This document shows, piece after piece, positions 46,113 to 58,364 of a stretch of 64,000 nt of DNA. A program made the translations under genes and the position numbers. Each line of letters starts with the position of its first letter. Position 1 is the stretch's first letter. Origin of the DNA: Amoebophrya sp. A120 (lineage: Eukaryota; Protista; Dinoflagellata). The notes under the pieces are model-generated. The model made no database searches and was not told the DNA's origin. It saw nothing but the letters and a program-made list of their open reading frames with translations. The DNA lies in NCBI GenBank assembly GCA_905178155.1, contig CAJINV010000003.1, positions 2,623,065 to 2,687,064 of the forward strand. Direction: 5' to 3'.

Positions 46113-49100
46113 TCATTGCCGCTTGAGGTAGTTGTTCCAGTCGTCTTTTGCGGACGCCCTATCAAATGCAAATATGTCTGGGTCTGGAAGGATCCAAACT
46201 TGTCATGCTGTTTTTCTACTCTAAAAAAATCTGCATAGCATGACCAGCAAGAGCAGGAGCCCCGATTGTGCTACGCGGAAACGGCATTTGTCATGCGCAA
46301 TAGGCATCAGGATCAGGAAGCCTTCCAAAAATCCGTGATGCTAAGCCATGCACTACAGGCATCGTGGGGCATGTAAAATATGCATGACAAACCTGGCAAT
46401 CTTCCAGACCCAGACATTTTTGCAGTTGGTACACCCCAAGGCGGTACCACTGCGTCGCCGTGGTCTTGAAACCCTTTAACACCGGACAGGCACTGTGGAA
46501 GGAGAGGGACGCGGGGTCCGGATTGTAGGTGAACAGGAGGAGGCTGCCCTCTTTTGGGGTGTACTTGATTCGGTCTTTTGGGAACACGGTGGCGCCCCCG
46601 CGCTCCGGCTCGTTGCAGTACAACAGCGTGGTGCAGACCCGCATGCCCTTCTCCAGCTTCGGCAGGCCGCAGTTGCCGTCGCAGTGCGGGCGGTACTCGT
46701 AGCCCGCCTTGTAGTAGAGCCAGTTGATGGGTTCCTGTCCGGGCGTGTGCACGGGGTACTTGGTGAGCTGCCGAGTGACGTTGAAGAAGCGCAGCCCCAG
46801 TGTCCGCAGCAGCTTCTCTATCGGAATGAAAAATCCCCCTCCCCATATCAAAACGAAACTCTGTGATGCAGATTTGTGGCCACAAATCAGCTTTGTGATG
46901 GTAGAAGGCAAAAGATGCGGACTGTAGTGCTGCCTAAGGTGGAAAAGCCTTGCAGCTCCAGGATGACAGGAGGCAACTGGAAGTGGGAAACAGCATGACA
47001 GATTACCTGCAGTTTAGGCCGCAGCTTCGTCTCTTGGCCTTCGAGCAATACAAGTCGACTTGTGTACTAAAATACAGCATCACAAATTCGCGCATCTTCC
47101 GTTTCCGATATGGGGTGGGGGCTTTTTTCACTTTGATATTCTCGAAGTCGTCCGACAGCGCCGTCTCGTCCTCCACGTACTGGGGGAACATGTTGCGGCT
47201 CAGCGTCTATCAAATGCAAAAGCGTCTGGGTCTGGAAAGTTGGAACTTGTGATGCTAACTCTGGACTCTAAAAAAATCTGTATTGCATGACCAGCAAGAG
47301 GGGCCACGTTTGTGCTACGCGAGGAGGGCATTTGTCTTGCGGAAATGGCATCAGGAAGCCTTCCAAAAATCTGTGATGCTGGGTCATGCATTACATCAAG
47401 CATCATGGGTCATGCCAGACAAGCATGACAAGCCTTGCATTCTTCCAGACCCAGATATTTTTGCATTTGATAGCGTCCGCCGCGCCTTACTGTATCCGCC
47501 CTTGCTGGTCACGCTGGCGCGGGTCAGCTGGCCCGGCCCGCCGCGCGCGATCAGGGGCGCGCACTCGGCGCCGGTACCCTATTCACTGGAAAAAATCACA
47601 TGCCCTCTAGGTCGTGGTCTGCATATAAAGTACGCGCATTGAGGTCATCTTCATCTTCATGCCGAGTCGCGCATGCGCATCACAGCGCGCCGGCCTTCTG
47701 TGCAGCGTGAACAACGCATCGCAAGTGGTTTTTCGGCTGGTAATATATAGTTCGCGATGCGACGCTACTTAGTCTTACCATATCTATTTTGCACACTATT
47801 CCTGAAGTTGTTTGTGTTTCCATCGTCCACTAGCTGCACGACAAAAATGAAACTCACAAATCCTTTTACTGCAGTTCACAGATCCTTGCCGACGTATCCA
47901 CACAACGCATCTTCACAGATCCAGACCGAGACGTACATATTTTCCATGCATATGCCCACATCCTCGACGACAAACACGGACGGGTTTTCCCGCAACACGT
48001 GCACCCGCGCCGTGCGTCCGTCCGGCAGCGTCAAGGGGTCCGCTTCGCGAAGCGGGGTGGTGTCCGGCTGCACATTGCAAAGACGGAAATGCGACACCGA
48101 TTCCCACAGCTGGGGGAACCAGGTTCGCACGAACCCGGGCGGCATTCGAAACCGCGTGTCGGGAACGAGATCGGTAGTTTCGGTGTCATCGAGAGTGGTC
48201 GGTACCCTGCTGCCTTCTTTTGCACTAGTACTACTACCGACGGTTTTATTGGCCACATCGGCCTCGACGTCCTGAGGTACCGCTTGTACTTTCATCGGCA
48301 AGTACATGTTGTCCCCCAAGCATTTGTGAAAGTTCGCCAGGTCGTCCTCGTCGCTGCTAGAGCTCGTGCCTTCCGGGGCGCACTCGTTTGCAACGCCCGT
48401 GTTGGCGAAGAACACTTTCATTTCGTCCTCCATGAAAGTTCCCACACTCTTTCCATCGGGCGCAATGACGAGGAGAAAAAGCTCCCCCGGATAGGAAAAC
48501 TTGTGCTCCAGCAAAGGAGAAGGTGCAGCCACGCCGCCAAACCAACCGGACGAGGAGTCGTCATTTGAAGAGGATTTTTCGATTCCTGTGGACAAGACAA
48601 AAGCCGTGTTCGCGTCGGCCTTTACGCGAACCATACTCAGTGGCGCTTGCTGTGGTAGTCCTTCGGATGCGGGTGCAGCTGCTGTCGGCGCTGGCGGGAT
48701 AGCGAAGCGGACCGATCCCACCTCCGCCACCAGCTCCGCGGGCTGGCTAGCCAAGTTGAACACCACCATCTCGTCTGGCGCGTGGCTGCCCTCAGCGGGT
48801 TTCATCTTGGCAAAATCGCTAGAAGACTTCATCAAAACCGGGAGTCCCTCCGAAACCGCAGCAACCAGCTCCCCCCACTGCTGTCCGGGAATCTCGCTTT
48901 CCAGTTGCGCGATTTGTTGCTCGCTGAGGCAAGAAGAAGAACTTGCCCCAGCAGTCGCTCCATGATCCTCGTTCTGAGCATCTGCGCTGCACTTTGCGGA
49001 CGTGGCCGACGACGAGGATGTTAGTGCCCCGCGGCTGAGAATATCCCGCTTCAGTGCGGAGAAACGGAAGACCTCGGTCACGACCTTTTGCTGCTCGTCC

Positions 49101-49471
49101 AGGTCGGGCGCAATGACAAGCACCCCGAACTTACCAGCATCTCGGACAAAAACGTCGGAGGTGACCGCTCCATTTTCCGCCCACACGAGCCGGAAGGCGT
49201 CGTTCTCGTACGTATTCATGGAGTAGAAAACCGCTTGATGACCAGAAATCGCAGGTGGGACGCGCCCGACCTCCACACCGTCCACTGCGTCTGACGCGCG
49301 ATCTCGTGGAAGCCATCGCAACACAAATTCCCGAGGGCTTCGGTTTATGAACCACCATGGCAGGCTCACCGCCCTCACGAATGTGTTGCTTGATGGTGGT
49401 GATCCGAACAGGAAGAACACGCAAGCTGCGACGAAGATTCTTGGAGACATCGTCACTGTGGGCAAAAGCAT
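46113..49471 (-). CDS. Prolyl 4-hydroxylase alpha-like 2OG-Fe(II) oxygenase with signal peptide; 4 introners
   Basis: NPSVFVVEDVG|TGAECAPLI, LTRASV, RRT|LSR, QEPINWLYYKAGYEYRPHCD, RVCTTLLYCNEPERGGATVFP, HSACPVLKGFKTTATQWYR. Confidence 0.9.
46160..46431. mobile_element. Introner, family A (272 bp)
   Basis: TIR as family A; TSD cgccc/caccc. Confidence 0.9.
46819..47138. mobile_element. Introner, family B-related (320 bp)
   Basis: tatcggaatgaaaaatccccctccccatatc ... gatatggggtgggggcttttttcactttgata; TSD ttctc; excision gives DDFEK|LLR. Confidence 0.9.
47208..47472. mobile_element. Introner, family A (265 bp)
   Basis: TSD gcgtc; excision gives ARRT|LSRNM. Confidence 0.92.
47580..47952. mobile_element. 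Introner, family K (373 bp, short diverged TIR)
   Basis: tattcactggaaaa ... ttttccatgcata; TSD taccc/tgccc (synonymous mismatch); excision gives EDVG|TGAEC. Confidence 0.8.
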
Positions 49472-49731
49472 CTGGTCGTATCGGAGAGAGGCACCGAAAC
49501 CAAGTCGTAAGCACTGGCACTGGCCGAGGACTGTAGCTCTTCGCCGGTTTTTAGCGTGTTGATGCGCGTTCCAACTTCAGGGCCATCCTTTGAAGGAAAA
49601 GACGAAACGACGCGCGTTCTTGGACCTATTTCAAAGTACGCAGCGCTCGTAGGTAGGTAGGTAGGTTTACTCAACTACGGAGTTATAATAGTCTATAGAG
49701 CTAATTTTTTGTTTTATAGACTGCGCTCTGA

Positions 49732-50720
49732 CTATTCAGCCAGATCATCCGCATCTGCCTGCTCCGGTGGCATTGCGGCTTTTTTCCCTTTGCAGCTCGC
49801 CTCGTGCTTCTGCATGTCGTCCACTTGCTTCATCATCAAGCGGGTGAGTTCGGTCATAGCGTCCTGGTCGTCCTCTTGTAGCTGCTTCTTGAACACGCCG
49901 CATTTCCGGCATTTGATTCCGAACTTGCCGCCCCGCGTCGTGTAGCATGCATCTGCAGGAACGTGGCACCGCGTTACGTAGGCGTTGGAGCCCATGAAGT
50001 ATCGCCCCTGGTTGCTGTCCCATATGTGCTCGCTCGGTACGAACTCGTTCGTTTTGATACGTTCCCCATTTTGATCATATCGCCAAATTTGACCATACTT
50101 GACATAGTCCCCCCGAGCATGTGCCATGGCATGCAGCTCCATCGCGCCGGCGCTCGACGTAAAGTGCTCGCGACAAATTTCACAGGTTATTTGCGGCACC
50201 GGCCCTGCACGCCTCCGCCCAGCCGGGGGCCGGCCTTTTCTTGCTTTCTCCTTGAGAATGCCAGGGTGGCGCGCGATGATCTCTGTCCGCATAGTTTTGG
50301 CTCGCTCCTCGTCGTCCTCTTCGTTTCTCTCCATCAGCGCTGCTTTGTGCTGAAGGTCGGGCGGTGGCATCGTGTGGCTGTTTTTACAGTGGGCCGCGAG
50401 TGCTTCGGGAAGGCGAAGGCTCTCCAAGTCTACTGCGAACTCACTGGGCTCCTCAAAGCACGGGGCGTTTGCAGGGCACCACAGACATCGTTTCTGTGTA
50501 AATACTTCAGGCATCAGCTCGGTCGGTGGCCGCTTGTAGTCGTCTAGTGCGGCTATGGTGTCCACCGCTGGATCCAGTCCGCTTGCTACCGCGTCCCGCT
50601 TGATCTGCGCCCTTGTTCTTTTTTCTCCGCTGCTTGAGCCAAAGTACTTAATTGCTAGCTTGTCAAGGTATTCTTCCCGCAGCTCCTCTCTCCGCTCCTG
50701 ATTCTTCTCAATCGCTCTGC
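49732..50720 (-). CDS. Zinc-finger-containing hypothetical protein; 5' exon unresolved
   Basis: CEICREHFTSSAGAMELHAMAH (C2H2-like) and CRKC..HEASC; frame stays open upstream of ORF 49732..50565 to ~50720. Confidence 0.65.
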
Positions 50721-51145
50721 AGTAGAAATCGCAGCGTTGTAAATGACGTCATTGCTGTTCCTGTTTCGTACCAATCAAACAAAGACAGGCAAGAGCTTCG
50801 GCTACTTCTCTCGATAACATTGCAACCCGCATCATAAATTAATTTAGACCTCCTATCCACGCACTTGATGAGGCTCTACTCTTGTTACTCTCAACCGCAA
50901 TCCTTCGGCATCTTCAGTGAACACACATAGGTTTTCTGGTCTGGAAAGAAGTCGATGTCAGCTTATAGTGCTTGCGACATGAGACACGATGTGAGACGAC
51001 CATTTGTTGATCCAGCATGGTACTTCTAGCCGCCATCATCACAAACCCCTGCCACGACAGGATTCGTATCTTGTGGTTCGTTGTGTACTTCTTTACTTAT
51101 GTTCCAAGTGAAAGTCGGCATTATCGGGAGGTCAGCTTGCAAAAA

Positions 51146-54100
51146 TCAAGACTGGAACCGGCGCGCAGCCGCATCAGCTGCCAGTTGGCGCTGGTGTGCT
51201 TTGACACAATCGGCAGTGTCGTAAATGTACTCGAGTCGGCGAAACCACTTATTCGAATTTGGCCCGCACCCCTTTCCGCAGTAGGCACACGGGGGCCCCT
51301 TCAGGGCCTCCTCTTCCCGCCGCTGTCGCTCTTCGGCTTCTTTTCGCTCGTGCTCCTGCTTTTCCTTCTGATCCTGCTTGTTGGCCTTCGCGTTCTCCTT
51401 CTGCCGCTTTTTCTTCTCCTTCAGTTTTTGCTTCTTTGCGTTTTCGGACTCCTCTGTGATGGCTGGAGGGACCAAGCCTTCATCCCAATCGAGCGCTTCC
51501 GGATACAGGCCCCGAATTCGGCGAAACGCGTCGCGCACCGTCTGGTTTTTGGCCAAGTAGAAGGGAACGCGGCCCTTCGAATCTCGGGACGCGGGTCCGG
51601 CGCTACGGTTCCGCAGATTTTGAATGGTTTTCTTGATCTGCACGAGTCGAAGGCCATCCGTCTGCTGTGCCGGGTCCAACTCGTCTGGGTGAGAGGAACC
51701 CACGATTGGTACTGCGGCGGGAGAAAAACTTTCACTTTTCACTTTATTTCCGTCGCACTTGATGTCGTTATCGCCAACATGAAGATTATCATCTGCAGAT
51801 GGACTTCTGCTTGTGATCTCTTCCACCCTGATGTCGTTCTCAACCGCAGCAGGTCCTCTCGGTAGTACGCCATTGTTGCTTTGCTGCATCTCTTGATCGA
51901 CATGCTCCGCAGTCTCGTTCGTTTTCTTGCTTGTTTGCTCCGAAGGGTACACGAGCTGCCGCACCAGAGACGACGCGGCCGCAGTCAGCCCGAAGGGCAG
52001 GCGGGAGGGCGTAGCCGCGTTGGGGTTCTGTAGTAGGCTTCCCACTGACTGGGAGGTTGTTGTAGTATTTGGCATGATATTAGGCTGCTGGGGATTCATG
52101 ATGGCCCCGGCGGTCTGATAGTGTTGCGGATCGAAGTCAGTAGTGTCTGATCCGCCCGCAGCTGCGTGCGCGGACCAGTTGCTTTCAACTTCCCAACTGA
52201 CACTCCGCGGTGTCTTCTGCTCGGAAACCGAGGACATGGTGGTGACATTTTGATGCGGCTCTACTATCAAACCGTGGGCACCTCCAGAAGTGGTACAGTT
52301 ATTATTTCCCGTTCCGCCCTGGCTCAGTCCACCAAGCGTGCCCGTGGCCGAAGACGAGGCGGACGATGACGCGGGTGCGCCGGTCTCCGTGTGCAGCTTG
52401 TTAATACCCAGCGTCGCCAACGTGGACAAGTTTGCTCCGGGAAGCAGCGGCCCGCGGGTCGTGGTAGCCGTTCCGGGAAGTGTGGATTTTGGCGTGCTGC
52501 TAATTTCGCCTAACAGGCTAGCTTCCCTTGCCTCCTCGATGTTGCTGCGGAGACACATTTCGGTGAGTAGCCGCTCCACATCCGCGACCAGGCCCGCTTT
52601 TGCCGCCGCGTGCAGCGGCGTCCAAAGCGGGTCTTCTTCGGAGACATAGCCCCGCTCATCTTCTGGCGGGTCCTCGTTGAAATCCTTGGTGGCGTTTTTT
52701 CCCCTGGTGCCTCCTGTGTCGTGGTTTGTCGTCGCAGACTGGTCTCCGACTCCGGCCCGCAGATGCCCATACAAACGCTCGTCCGCGGAGCCGGTGCGGT
52801 TCCTTGTGCTGGTGGTTGAGCCACTGCTAGTTGTACAACCCGCCGACCCACCAACTCCAGCAGCGGCCGAAGCAGATTTCCGCAGAAAACCCGTGGAGGG
52901 AAACAGGTGCACGGTGCGGAGCTGCAACGCGAGCGCTTCCACCTCCGCGAGCGTGGATTTCTTCACCTGCAGGGGCAGTTTTCGGTACCCCTTCGCCTGC
53001 TTCGTACCGCCCGCAGCGGCGCTGCGGGGAGACAGTGGTTTTGGCTTGGCCCCGCGGGGGGAGGACACTTTATTCTGTTCGTCCGCGGCGCCGCCACAGA
53101 GCCCGGTGGGGAAGCACTTTACCAGTGTGGCGATCTGGTCGTGGCCACCGGACAGAAACAGGTCTCCCTTGCACTGGCGGAGGTCGCCCTCCCAGTCGCG
53201 AAAGAGAGTGCGCATGCTGTTCTCCAGCTGCTGCTCGCCGTACCGCCGCAGGGTGCTTCCCGCGGACTTGATGCTTTTTCCCGTGTTGTCTTTCGCGGAT
53301 TGCGAGCCCCCGGCCTTCGCGCGGACCGTGTACCGGCGGAAGGTCTTGTGCAGCAGGCAGCGGCCGTCCGCCGCCGAGAAGATGGCCCCCGAGAACCGGC
53401 CGCTGCGCAGAATCAGGATGGCGAAGTTGCGCGTTGCATCGGCCTGCGACAAGCGGGACGCGAGCTCCTCGTCTGCCTCCGCATCCGTCGGACGCTTACT
53501 CTCGAAAAACGCGGCGCACAGGGCCAGACCGGCGTTTTCGAAACACGTATCCAGCCGAACGAGGAAGGGAACCTGGTGTATCTGAATCTTTCGCCACTTG
53601 CTGACCACAAGGAATTGGTCCTCGTCGTAGGAATTTTGGGTTTCCATTTCCTCCCGGTGCCGTGTTTGTTTGTTCCTCTGCTGCCCACTCGTCGCAGTGA
53701 GTAGCTCCTCGTCCTCGGCCACCTGGGGAAGTCGGTTCATGCTTGGCTTAATATTCTGCTTCAATGCTCGAGAACAAACAACCGCCCCTGTGCCCGAGGT
53801 CGTGACCACACCACTGGCCAGCACGGTTGTAGTTCCAGTCGCCGAGGATTCGGCTATCCTCATCGCCACGTATTCATCGTCGGAGGAGCTCAACGGCTCA
53901 ACATTTTCGTCCTCGTCGTCGCCACTAGAGCTACCCGAGGACAACTCGTCCTCCCTGTTGTCATTCGTGGCGCGGCCTAGTATCGCGTTGCCACCAGCTG
54001 CTTTCAACATTTTCCCACCGGTCGTGGCCGCACCCATCAGGGAACTACTCGCGCCGCCAACTTGTCCCGAGCTCGTGTACTCCGAACGCAACTGGGCCAG

Positions 54101-54859
54101 AAACGCACGGCGTTCTTCCGGGCTCGCGTCCAGATTCACTGTGTCGCCAACCACGACGCGCCCCAGAACCGTGGAGACTCGGAGGTCGCTGCTGCTGGCG
54201 GAAGATCCATCATCCACCGTAAGACCCTGACCTTGCTGCTCGCTGTTTGATATAATTCCACGACCTTCTGCGGAGTTCTTCCCGAGCTTTTTTTCTTGTT
54301 CCAGGTACTCCTCCAACGCGCTTCGCGCCGTGGTGCACTTGCGTAAGCTGGCCAAGCTGGTGGTGTAGGTGTTGGACGATTTGGCGAACCGCACCTCGAG
54401 CCCGAACTTCTCCCGCATTTTCAGCGTGAACTCGTCTGGGGCCGCGGCTGCAGCACGCTTCGCGTCAAGAATATTCTTGTTCGGATTGTTTCCTCGCGGT
54501 GATTGGGTCGTTCTTTGGGCACTTGCTGCTGACGACGAAGATTCAGGTGTATTCATCTGCTGGGTCCCGGTCCTCGTTGTGCCAACGTCATCGGTAGTAG
54601 TTGTGCCAACCTGGTTTACAACAACTTCCGACACCGCCTCGAGAAGGGAGTTTTCGGGTTCATCGGGGGGTTCTACTCCCGTAGTTGGAGATGTTGACGC
54701 CGCGGTACCGACGGCCGCGACCAGCCCGTCAGAGGCGGTGATCTCGGAAAGCGGCAACGGCGGAGCGCCAGTGTCGCTGTCGGGGGCGATAGTTGTCACC
54801 ATATCCGTGCGCGAAAGCGAGGACGCCGACAGAGATCGCGGTGTAACCGGAGAATCCAT
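51146..54859 (-). CDS. ANKZF1: Vms1/ANKZF1 homologue (VLRF1 + ankyrin + coiled coil + C-terminal treble-clef domain)
   Basis: LRSGRFSGAIF..HKTFRRYTVRAKAGGSQSAKD..KSAGSTLRRYGE; WTPLHAAAKAG; RDSKGRVPFYLA; CAYC..DTADCVKAH. Confidence 0.9.
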   Translation of the reverse strand: MDSPVTPRSLSASSLSRTDMVTTIAPDSDTGAPPLPLSEITASDGLVAAVGTAASTSPTTGVEPPDEPENSLLEAVSEVVVNQVGTTTTDDVGTTRTGTQQMNTPESSSSAASAQRTTQSPRGNNPNKNILDAKRAAAAAPDEFTLKMREKFGLEVRFAKSSNTYTTSLASLRKCTTARSALEEYLEQEKKLGKNSAEGRGIISNSEQQGQGLTVDDGSSASSSDLRVSTVLGRVVVGDTVNLDASPEERRAFLAQLRSEYTSSGQVGGASSSLMGAATTGGKMLKAAGGNAILGRATNDNREDELSSGSSSGDDEDENVEPLSSSDDEYVAMRIAESSATGTTTVLASGVVTTSGTGAVVCSRALKQNIKPSMNRLPQVAEDEELLTATSGQQRNKQTRHREEMETQNSYDEDQFLVVSKWRKIQIHQVPFLVRLDTCFENAGLALCAAFFESKRPTDAEADEELASRLSQADATRNFAILILRSGRFSGAIFSAADGRCLLHKTFRRYTVRAKAGGSQSAKDNTGKSIKSAGSTLRRYGEQQLENSMRTLFRDWEGDLRQCKGDLFLSGGHDQIATLVKCFPTGLCGGAADEQNKVSSPRGAKPKPLSPRSAAAGGTKQAKGYRKLPLQVKKSTLAEVEALALQLRTVHLFPSTGFLRKSASAAAGVGGSAGCTTSSGSTTSTRNRTGSADERLYGHLRAGVGDQSATTNHDTGGTRGKNATKDFNEDPPEDERGYVSEEDPLWTPLHAAAKAGLVADVERLLTEMCLRSNIEEAREASLLGEISSTPKSTLPGTATTTRGPLLPGANLSTLATLGINKLHTETGAPASSSASSSATGTLGGLSQGGTGNNNCTTSGGAHGLIVEPHQNVTTMSSVSEQKTPRSVSWEVESNWSAHAAAGGSDTTDFDPQHYQTAGAIMNPQQPNIMPNTTTTSQSVGSLLQNPNAATPSRLPFGLTAAASSLVRQLVYPSEQTSKKTNETAEHVDQEMQQSNNGVLPRGPAAVENDIRVEEITSRSPSADDNLHVGDNDIKCDGNKVKSESFSPAAVPIVGSSHPDELDPAQQTDGLRLVQIKKTIQNLRNRSAGPASRDSKGRVPFYLAKNQTVRDAFRRIRGLYPEALDWDEGLVPPAITEESENAKKQKLKEKKKRQKENAKANKQDQKEKQEHERKEAEERQRREEEALKGPPCAYCGKGCGPNSNKWFRRLEYIYDTADCVKAHQRQLAADAAARRFQS

Positions 54860-55568
54860 TGCTGTACGTAAGTTGTGCTGCTGTACTATACAATCAGAGA
54901 AGACTCTTGAGGACTCGAAAGACCAAACGCGTAAATAGAAGCTTGTCTAATGTGTAGTTCTTGGCGGGTATGTATGTCGACAATGAGATGGTATACAAGG
55001 TTTATGCGTGCTACTTCAGATCAAGATGTATGTGCGTACGATAATTTGTTCGTTGAAAGACAAAGAATGTCATCAATAATATGTCGCTAAATGAGACATA
55101 GTGCTGTACAAGGAAAAAGAAAAACTTGATTTTTGGTAGTACTAGATTTGGCTGCATCTCATGCTCATGCTCGTCATGAGCCGCGTTCGCGTAGTGAGTT
55201 GCGTTTCGAAGAAAACACACCAGCAACATTTCTTTGCACAATAATTTTCTTTTGCGGTCAACACCGATTTTTGGGATCTTCGTCAATGTCAATTTTATTG
55301 ATTTTCATTTTGGGTAAATCTTCTTGTTCTCATCCGCGGGTCCAAGAGAGTTTTTGCTTCAAGCTCAACCACGTAAATGCGTACGGTACTTGTTTTTCGC
55401 GTGCTACTCGAGAAAATTGATCAGTCTTGTAAAGCGATAATGCTTCTAAGTCACTGAGCCACCTGATGATGAATGATAACGTTGATGTCTGTGATGCAAA
55501 GGCCTACTCAGAGGCCACGACGCAGAATGTCACTTTCAGAGAATGACGATAAACGTGCTTACGCAACA

Positions 55569-58364
55569 TCAGTGCGGCGATTGTTGCGTCGCCGGTGAGC
55601 TTGCTATTGACGCCGGAGTCTGCAGAAACCTTGAGAGGATTCTGAAACGCTCCCCGCCCGCTCCTAAGGCACTGCTGGGTCGTTCGCATTGGTATTGCTG
55701 CTCGCCGCTGTTGATATCATCGCCTGCATCCACAACAGGTGCGTCATCCCTGTTCGCTTTCATTTGTGCATTTTCCATCGCATCTTCAGGAGGAGCGGCG
55801 ACAGGAACAGCCGCGTTGCCACCATCCGTAACGTCAGCCACTACTTCTTTTGCGGTAGGTGCGTGCAGTTCATTAGTACCTTGCACTTCTTCATCATCAA
55901 TATCTGGTGAGCGTGTTGTACCGAATCTTCCGTTGGCCTGGTCCAATTCTGTAGCTCTCGTCGAAATCACCTCCTCAGCCGGCCCGTCGCCCTCCATCTT
56001 TTCCAGCTGCCATGCGTCACGTAGGTCAGGCTCCATTTTCGTTCCATGGGACAGCTGCGTGTCCTGTTTCGTACCGCCTTGCGGAACCGGTAGTCCGGGA
56101 TCTTCAGCGGGGGGAAGGTCCAAATCTGTCGTGGGCACGAAGGCCGGACGAGGAGGACCATCTGGGTTAATAATGGACCCTGCTTCTGGTTCTGCGATTG
56201 GCTTCTGCGCGAATGTGAAAGCATACTTCTTTTGCGCGTCCACAATGGGCAGAAACATCATCTGCGCTCCTTTCTCCGAACACGACCTGCGCGGAGACGA
56301 CGGTCGTTGCGCTTGCAGAGCCGGATCAGATTCACACTCTTTCTGTGGACCGGCACAAGAACTACTCACTGTGGCAGCTTCTCCAGTAGTACCGGACATG
56401 ATTGCATTTTTGTCTTCCGCATTCATAATTTCCGCACCGCTTCTTGCATCTACTTGTTCGCGCATCGTCTGCTGCCCCGGCGGATAAGAGGGTCGTGACA
56501 CCATCGAAGGAGATGTGTGCTGCTGTACAAGATATGTACTAGGAGACGCAACTTCTACCGCGCGGTGTGCCCCCACCCCTTTGAACGTCGCTTCGCTACC
56601 ACCGTCGTCGTCGTCGTCGTCCGCGCTATCCTCATGATCTTGCTCAAGTGTAAATGCTGGTCCTTGAAAATGCAGAATTCGGTTTGTTTGCGGAAGACGA
56701 GGGTGTTGCAGGCCGCCTCCTGTTCCCACCGCGTTGCTCACCATTCGAGCGATTGGAGAGTTGGTAGTAGAATCGTGCAGGAGCCGAGCGTTCGTGAAAA
56801 ACCTGTTGCCCTCGCGGCCTCTTTCCAATTCTACATTCATAGGACCACCTCCGCGGCGGTCTGTGGGAGGTAGCCAGAAGTCGCGCAGGCCAAACTGTAA
56901 CTCAGTGGAGGTGTATCAAATGTAAAAATGTCTGGGTCTGGAAGAATGCAACTTGTAATGCGTATTTCAGAACACAGAAAAATCTCTCATGCATACGTAG
57001 CAAAAGCTCCCACCTTTTGTCAGCAAAATAGGGGGCTTGTCATGCGGATTCGGCATTGCGGAAGGTTCTAGAAACCTGTGATGCTAGAGCTTCCATGCCA
57101 GACCTTCTGTGTCATGCAAAAACAGCATGATTCTTCCAGACCCAGACATTTTTACATTTGATAAGGTGAGGGTCCAGCTGTACTTGCCCGTCAAAAGCTG
57201 CAAGAGTCCACGAATGACGAAGTAAATTATGAAGCAGAACAGCGCGGTTTGTTGGTCTTCAAAATGCTGCTCAAGCTTTTCCCTTTGGGCTAAATTCATT
57301 GTGCGCAGCTGTGCCTCCAGCCATCCCGGTGACTTTCTATGCCGCTCCAGCCACTGCGCCGAGTGCGCGAATCGCAGTCGGGGATCGTAGCCATAGACAG
57401 CTTGCCACCGCGTTGCCGTTTTTGTTTTTGCGGCGTTTTGATGTGCAGCTTGACCTTGTTCTGCGCTGCTGTGCTCTCCAGGGGTACGGCCCACGGTATT
57501 ATCATCGCGAACTCCATCTGCATCTTTTCTATTTCTGTTTTCTTCAGCAACCTGAGCTGGGTCGCTTTCTATTGGCCCAAGAAATTTATCGGCGGCGGCC
57601 GTCTGGGGGACTATTTCCCCCACTTCATCAACATCGTGACTCTGACTCACTGGTGTGTGCTGCATTTCTTGTCGCACGAGAGTTGCTGCGCTCGCAGATG
57701 AAAGTCGTTCCGCGGTCTCAGCACCGCGCACTTCCCCCGAATCTTCCGGTTTTTTCTCTGTTCTAACATCACTTTCATCCTGCTCAGGAGCCGTTCCATA
57801 ATCTTCCCCGTTGTCCGCCACCACAACGTAATGAAGAAGCTGCATGACGGGCTCTGCGTCATCAAGTTCTTTGTGCTTCTGGTGCTCCTCTGCGATAGAA
57901 AGCCTGATGAAGGTCAACCCTTCGGACACGTTCGTGTAGGCTGGCTGCATGGTGCTCACCACCAGTTGTAGGTTAAACATGAACCAGCAGCCGCAGATGA
58001 CGAGAGCGAAAAAGTAGCCGAACCACGCGGTGAAGGGGCAGAGGAAGTGATTCAACTCCCGCGGAGTCCTCCGCGGACAGCTCAAAGACCGGTGGCAGGG
58101 CCTAAAAAACGGATCCTGCTGCATGAAGAAAATCCCGCACACGAAGAAGAACAGGTCGAAATGAACGTTGAACAGAAAGTAGTCGGCGCGGAGGAGCAGC
58201 CCAAGCAGCACGCCGGAGAAAGCATACACCAGGACCCCGACCAGCAGCCACCGGACCGTTCGTCGATGCTTTTCCACCGGGTCATGCCCCGCCGGACCAC
58301 GAACAAAAGCGCCCACACACAGCAGACACTGCATCCGGAGTCGCAGACACAATGGGGTCATCAT
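55569..58364 (-). CDS. Hypothetical multi-pass membrane protein, 2 exons
   Basis: ORFs 57084..58364 and 55569..56840 join in frame after introner removal (WTLT|STELQFG); several hydrophobic segments. Confidence 0.75.
56914..57163. mobile_element. Introner, family A (250 bp)
   Basis: Near-perfect ~32-bp TIR; TSD aggtg. Confidence 0.93.

Noticed and set aside
50633-50643. TTTGGCTCAAG on the minus strand matches the 3' end of the dinoflagellate spliced leader
   Set aside because: Only 11 nt, and it lies within an open coding frame (KYFGSSS); likely chance
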